This document shows positions 59,949-64,000 of a stretch of DNA of 64,000 nucleotides, piece by piece; the stretch's first letter is position 1; each line of letters begins with the position of its first letter. The DNA is from an uncultured virus (IMG/VR IMGVR_UViG_3300020727_000006). Its lineage: Duplodnaviria > Heunggongvirae > Uroviricota > Caudoviricetes. A program made the position numbers and the translations under genes. The stretch lies in the IMG/VR virus record IMGVR_UViG_3300020727_000006. One strand, 5' to 3'. A model generated the notes under the pieces. That model did not search any database, was not told where the DNA came from, and saw only the letters and a program-made list of their open reading frames with translations.

Positions 59949-61159
59949 ATAATTACAAACCACTTCGCCGTTGCCTATGTTGCGGCAATATCAATCTTAA
60001 ACTTACATTAGACTTGGGTTCTCAGCCGCTTGCCAATAGTTTTAAGGCAACGGCTGTCGAGCCTGAAAACACTTATCCACTGGCAGTTAATTATTGTAGC
60101 GACTGTTCGCACCTACAGCTAACGCATGCCGTTGATGCAAATATCATATTCAAGAATTACCTTTATGTTAGCGGCACTAGTCTAACGATGCAAAATTATT
60201 TTGCATGGTTTGCAGATTTTGTCATGGAATATTTTCCAGATGTAAAACCTCGCAAAGTTTTAGAAATTGGCTGTAATGATGGAACACAGCTAAACTATTT
60301 TAAGAAGCATGGATTAGAAACAGTGGGCATTGATCCTGCTGAAAACATCTATCCAATCTCTTCAAAGAACCATAAGATTATCTGCGATTTCTTGACACCA
60401 GAAGCCTTACTCAAAGTAGGCAAGACACCTGATATCATTTACGCACAAAATGTATTTGCGCACCAAGACGATCCAGAAACATTTTTGAAACTATGTCGCA
60501 ATATTATGAATCCTAATACACTGTTGTTTATTCAAAACTCACAGAGTGATATGATACAGAATAATGAGTTCGATACAATCTATCACGAGCATCGTAATTT
60601 CTTTAGTGTGAAGAGTTTATACACGCTTGCTAACAGTGTTGGCTTGAACATGATTGATGTGTTTAAGGGAACCATCCATGGCGGCAGTAATATCTTTGTG
60701 TTCTCAACAGATCAACATAGTCCTGCTCGTATCTCCGCTTATCTTGATTGGGAGCGTATACAAGGACTGCATGATTATGCTACATATGAAGCATGGGCAA
60801 GTGGAGCAAGGCAGACAGTTAATGACCTTTCTATGGTCCTAGACGGGCAGCGCAAGGCACACAAACGCCTCGTGGTGGGCTATGGAGCGCCAGCAAAGGG
60901 CAACACTCTACTCAACTTTGGTAACATTGATATGGACTTTATTATTGATGATAATCCACTTAAGCAAGGCAAATTCACGCCAGGAATGAGTATACCTGTT
61001 GTTACTATTGATGAGTTGAAGCGGTATCCTGATCGTGAGATTTGCTTTGTGCCACTTGCATGGAACTTCTTTGACGAAATTGTTGGCAGAATTAAAAAAG
61101 TTCGCAACTTTAAAGGCGATGTATTCGTTAAGTACTTTCCAGAAATAGTAATCTCATAA
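59933..61159 (+). CDS. NDP-sugar C-methyltransferase-like protein
   Basis: Zn motif CxxC..PLAN..CxxC; EIGCNDG; YHEH; YGAPAKG; LAWNF. Confidence 0.88.
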   Translation: MDIRLNNYKPLRRCLCCGNINLKLTLDLGSQPLANSFKATAVEPENTYPLAVNYCSDCSHLQLTHAVDANIIFKNYLYVSGTSLTMQNYFAWFADFVMEYFPDVKPRKVLEIGCNDGTQLNYFKKHGLETVGIDPAENIYPISSKNHKIICDFLTPEALLKVGKTPDIIYAQNVFAHQDDPETFLKLCRNIMNPNTLLFIQNSQSDMIQNNEFDTIYHEHRNFFSVKSLYTLANSVGLNMIDVFKGTIHGGSNIFVFSTDQHSPARISAYLDWERIQGLHDYATYEAWASGARQTVNDLSMVLDGQRKAHKRLVVGYGAPAKGNTLLNFGNIDMDFIIDDNPLKQGKFTPGMSIPVVTIDELKRYPDREICFVPLAWNFFDEIVGRIKKVRNFKGDVFVKYFPEIVIS

Positions 61160-61183
61160 ATAAACAGCAGGAGAGATTACGCT

Positions 61184-61825
61184 ATGAACAACGATATCAG
61201 ACTTACAATGTTAGTGCTAGAAGGTTTAGAAATTAACCATAGCATGGACCCTGAAATTGCTGAATTAGTTCGTGGTTTAATGGTTGAAGGTTCACAACTA
61301 GACGAAGGTATCATTGATACCATCAAGGAAAAAGCTGCTGCTTTTGCTGATAAGGTAAAAGATAATGCAAAGAATATTCTGCCTTCGATAACTAAGAAAT
61401 TTGAAAATGTCTTAGCACAAGTTCGTGCTAAACAAGGTGACGAAGCTGCTGATGCAATTGAAACCGAAATGTCTAAAAAAGGCGGCAGCAACTGGAAATC
61501 TAACAGTACTAAAATTGCAGCAGCACTGGCTGTTGCTAGTAGTTTAGCACAAGCATCACCAGCACAAGCACAAGACATTTATATACGCATGATATCTCCA
61601 TATCAAGCACAGCAATATGATATGCAGCGCCATGCAAATTTTGATCGTCAACGCGCAATGATGTGGCAAAGACAACAACAATTTTACCAGCAGCAAGGAT
61701 ACCAACAAGGTTATCCACAAGGCTACTACCAACAGGATCAAGGCGCAAACAATGCAGCAGCACTTGCAATCGGCGTTATGATTGGTGCAGCACTTGGCGC
61801 AGCTTTAAGTCAGCCACATAACTAA
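61184..61825 (+). CDS. Hypothetical protein with internal signal-like segment and Q-rich/glycine-zipper tail
   Basis: LDE-GII; KIAAALAVASSLAQASPAQA; QQGY repeats; GVMIGAALGAA. Confidence 0.7.
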   Translation: MNNDIRLTMLVLEGLEINHSMDPEIAELVRGLMVEGSQLDEGIIDTIKEKAAAFADKVKDNAKNILPSITKKFENVLAQVRAKQGDEAADAIETEMSKKGGSNWKSNSTKIAAALAVASSLAQASPAQAQDIYIRMISPYQAQQYDMQRHANFDRQRAMMWQRQQQFYQQQGYQQGYPQGYYQQDQGANNAAALAIGVMIGAALGAALSQPHN

Positions 61826-61841
61826 ATCAATAAATATCTTT

Positions 61842-62567
61842 ATGCGCAGCAGAGAATTTATCACAGAGTCACGATTGCTCCTTGAGGGCGGAAATATGTT
61901 TAAGGATGCTGAAGATTTTGATCAACAGTATGCTACACACATTATTAAAATTGTAAACGATGCACTTGCTCCAACAAATATATCAGTAACGCCTATTGGT
62001 AGTGGCGCAACACCAACGCCAGGAAAGATAAGCGGCGATTTTGATGTTATGGCAGATGAAGGCGCAGTTCAATCGTATTTCAAAGTAAAAGATGCTAAAG
62101 AAGCTCGTCGTGCGCTGCGTGATTATCTAACACAAAAAGGTTTTGAGACTGCGCAAAGTGGCATCAATGTACATATGTTAGTTCCGCTACCAAATGGTAA
62201 AAAAGCACAGACTGATATTATGGTTACACCACACGCAGGTGAGATTAGCAAATTTCACAAACATAATATTCCACTTGGCAGTAAGTTTAAAGGAACGCAT
62301 AAAGCAATCCTAATGAGTGTGCTAGCTAAGACAAAAGGAATGATGTGGAGTCCATGGAATGGGTTGTTTAATCGTACACCAGATGGCAAGCGTGGTGACC
62401 TTATAAGCAATAATATTGATGTAGTTGCTCGCACTTTACTTGGCTCACATGCAATTGGCGGTGACCTTGGAAGTGTTGAAAGTATTCTTGCAAAACTTCC
62501 ACAACAAAAAATAGATGAATTGATGACGCTGCTTGATGCTGATCCAAATTGGAAAGCTATAACATGA
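61842..62567 (+). CDS. Pol-beta-superfamily nucleotidyltransferase-like protein
   Basis: GSG...SGDFD...QTD; leader MRSREFITE. Confidence 0.65.
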   Translation: MRSREFITESRLLLEGGNMFKDAEDFDQQYATHIIKIVNDALAPTNISVTPIGSGATPTPGKISGDFDVMADEGAVQSYFKVKDAKEARRALRDYLTQKGFETAQSGINVHMLVPLPNGKKAQTDIMVTPHAGEISKFHKHNIPLGSKFKGTHKAILMSVLAKTKGMMWSPWNGLFNRTPDGKRGDLISNNIDVVARTLLGSHAIGGDLGSVESILAKLPQQKIDELMTLLDADPNWKAIT

Positions 62568-63916
62568 GAGCATCAGAATTTCTTATTGAGGCAAAAGGCG
62601 TTTTTGGTCGCAAAGAAGGCGATCCATATATGAACGATAATGGCGCAACCGCTAGGTTCATAGGCGTTCAAATGTATCCAGATACTAAACCTAACAATGG
62701 TTATAAAGATTGGGACACTGCCACAATCGCAATTGACCGCATTGAAAAAAGTATGGGTAAACAAATTCAATGGGTAAATCGCCAGACTCCACAAACAAAA
62801 GCATTTGCTATAGCTACACTGCATGGCGATGATGGTGAACTAATTTTATGGGGCCGCTATTATAAACTAGTACCAACAAATACTGTTAGTAGTTGGAACA
62901 ACAATGAATTACCAAGCGGATGGGTGTTTAATAGCAAGACTGCAAAGAAAGCAAGAAGTGGATTAACGCCACAAGATTTAATTCGTAGTGAAATGAAATT
63001 TACTGGAACTGATAATATCATTGATGCAATTGCGGCAAACGGTGCGCCAGAAGAAATAATTAATGGATTGCGCATGGCTGCTCTTGGACAAATGCCAATC
63101 TTTAGAAACAGTGCAGACAAACTAGAAAGTATCCGCGATCATCTTGGTGAAATTATTACGCCTATTGCGTTAATGGCTGGATTGATTAGTGATTCAAATT
63201 CTAACAATGCTAAGAACGAATTGCTAAAGACAGATTGGGATAATTGTACAGTTCATTGGCCTCAAAATAAAAACAATAATTTAGTAGACAGTGAATTTAC
63301 TGCGGCGGGTGGCGGAGTTATAGGCATCAGCAACAAAGGCAACAAAGGCGCAATGGCAAGTGTTGCTAATATATTCCAAGCTATGCAAAAAGCAAGCGAT
63401 ACTTTAAGAAGAACGCACCAAAAAGCAGTTGATGTTATTGAAACAATTCAGCAAAATAATGCCAAAGAAGGTCCGATTAAACTTGCCGAAGACCTCGGTA
63501 TTATTGATGAGTATCTTGGCAGAGAAATTCGTGATAATATAAAAGACGGAACAGATGATCCAGAAGCATTAAGCGACAATGCTAAAAAACTTTTTGTAAA
63601 GTATGGCAGTGTTGGAACTAGTGCTGGTTACAAGATTGGATTAGTGTTGCTAGCAAACTGTGCTAAAGAAGTAGCAGCGAAACTTAATAAAGATAAAGAA
63701 TTTCAAGAAAGCTGCATGTCTTTCTTAAACCAAGCAAGTATCTTGCAAGTATATACAGATGCTAAAGTAATTGGAAATGATGTTCACATAACAAAGTTTA
63801 TGTCAACTTATCCGCCAAGATTTACTGGCGGCATAAAATTAGATGCTGGTAAAAATTATATGAGTACAATCGTCAAAGGTAAATTTTCATTTGACATAGG
63901 AAAAGGGCAGGATTAA
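62564..63916 (+). CDS. Hypothetical protein with capsid-targeting-like leader
   Basis: MRASEFLIE; possible PD-(D/E)xK-like LVDS..ISNK. Confidence 0.65.
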   Translation: MRASEFLIEAKGVFGRKEGDPYMNDNGATARFIGVQMYPDTKPNNGYKDWDTATIAIDRIEKSMGKQIQWVNRQTPQTKAFAIATLHGDDGELILWGRYYKLVPTNTVSSWNNNELPSGWVFNSKTAKKARSGLTPQDLIRSEMKFTGTDNIIDAIAANGAPEEIINGLRMAALGQMPIFRNSADKLESIRDHLGEIITPIALMAGLISDSNSNNAKNELLKTDWDNCTVHWPQNKNNNLVDSEFTAAGGGVIGISNKGNKGAMASVANIFQAMQKASDTLRRTHQKAVDVIETIQQNNAKEGPIKLAEDLGIIDEYLGREIRDNIKDGTDDPEALSDNAKKLFVKYGSVGTSAGYKIGLVLLANCAKEVAAKLNKDKEFQESCMSFLNQASILQVYTDAKVIGNDVHITKFMSTYPPRFTGGIKLDAGKNYMSTIVKGKFSFDIGKGQD

Positions 63917-63926
63917 CCTGCCCTTT
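63902..63926. terminator. Probable bidirectional terminator
   Basis: AAAGGGCAGG/CCTGCCCTTT between convergent genes. Confidence 0.75.
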
Positions 63927-63931
63927 ATTAA

Positions 63932-64000
63932 TTAAGCATCACGAGAAATATAGTGATGACGAATCTTCTGCGGCTTAAAATACTTTTCTACAGTGTTAAA
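63932..64000 (-). CDS. 3' end of a gene entering from the right
   Basis: FNTVEKYFKPQKIRHHYISRDA-stop. Confidence 0.45.
   Translation of the reverse strand, partial: FNTVEKYFKPQKIRHHYISRDA

Noticed and set aside
63932..64000. Resemblance to the SAM decarboxylase C-terminus
   Set aside because: Only 22 residues visible; not enough to call

Overview
A gene-dense, AT-rich segment of a large T4-like/jumbo myophage genome in the standard genetic code, mostly on the minus strand. It carries: two giant multidomain ORFs (one is missing from the ORF track because it runs off the left edge) with three amidoligase domains plus cytidylyltransferase, RyR-like, RMF-like, ParB/Srx, HiPIP and ART-like modules; ClpA, DnaJ and GroES; holin and spanins; PhoH, clamp loader, a DnaE fragment and MazG; baseplate/tail genes; IscA and IF-1; five free-standing endonucleases; Rnl1 plus a split PNK; dispersed modification enzymes; a GH19 endolysin; and six tRNAs. 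The most interesting signal is a candidate virion-packaged polyprotein system: unrelated enzyme modules are joined by acidic (L/I/V/F/M)-x-E linkers resembling T4 prohead-protease sites, and several genes start with T4 capsid-targeting-like leaders. Other highlights are a covarying two-hairpin RNA leader shared by two unrelated homing endonuclease genes, an A-rich repeat sRNA candidate, an atypical long-variable-arm tRNA(UAU), a tandem array of paralogs ending in F-x-x-R-W, and a Bpt/ATE-like transferase co-occurring with ClpA. All calls come from motif reading by eye; no database searches were run.
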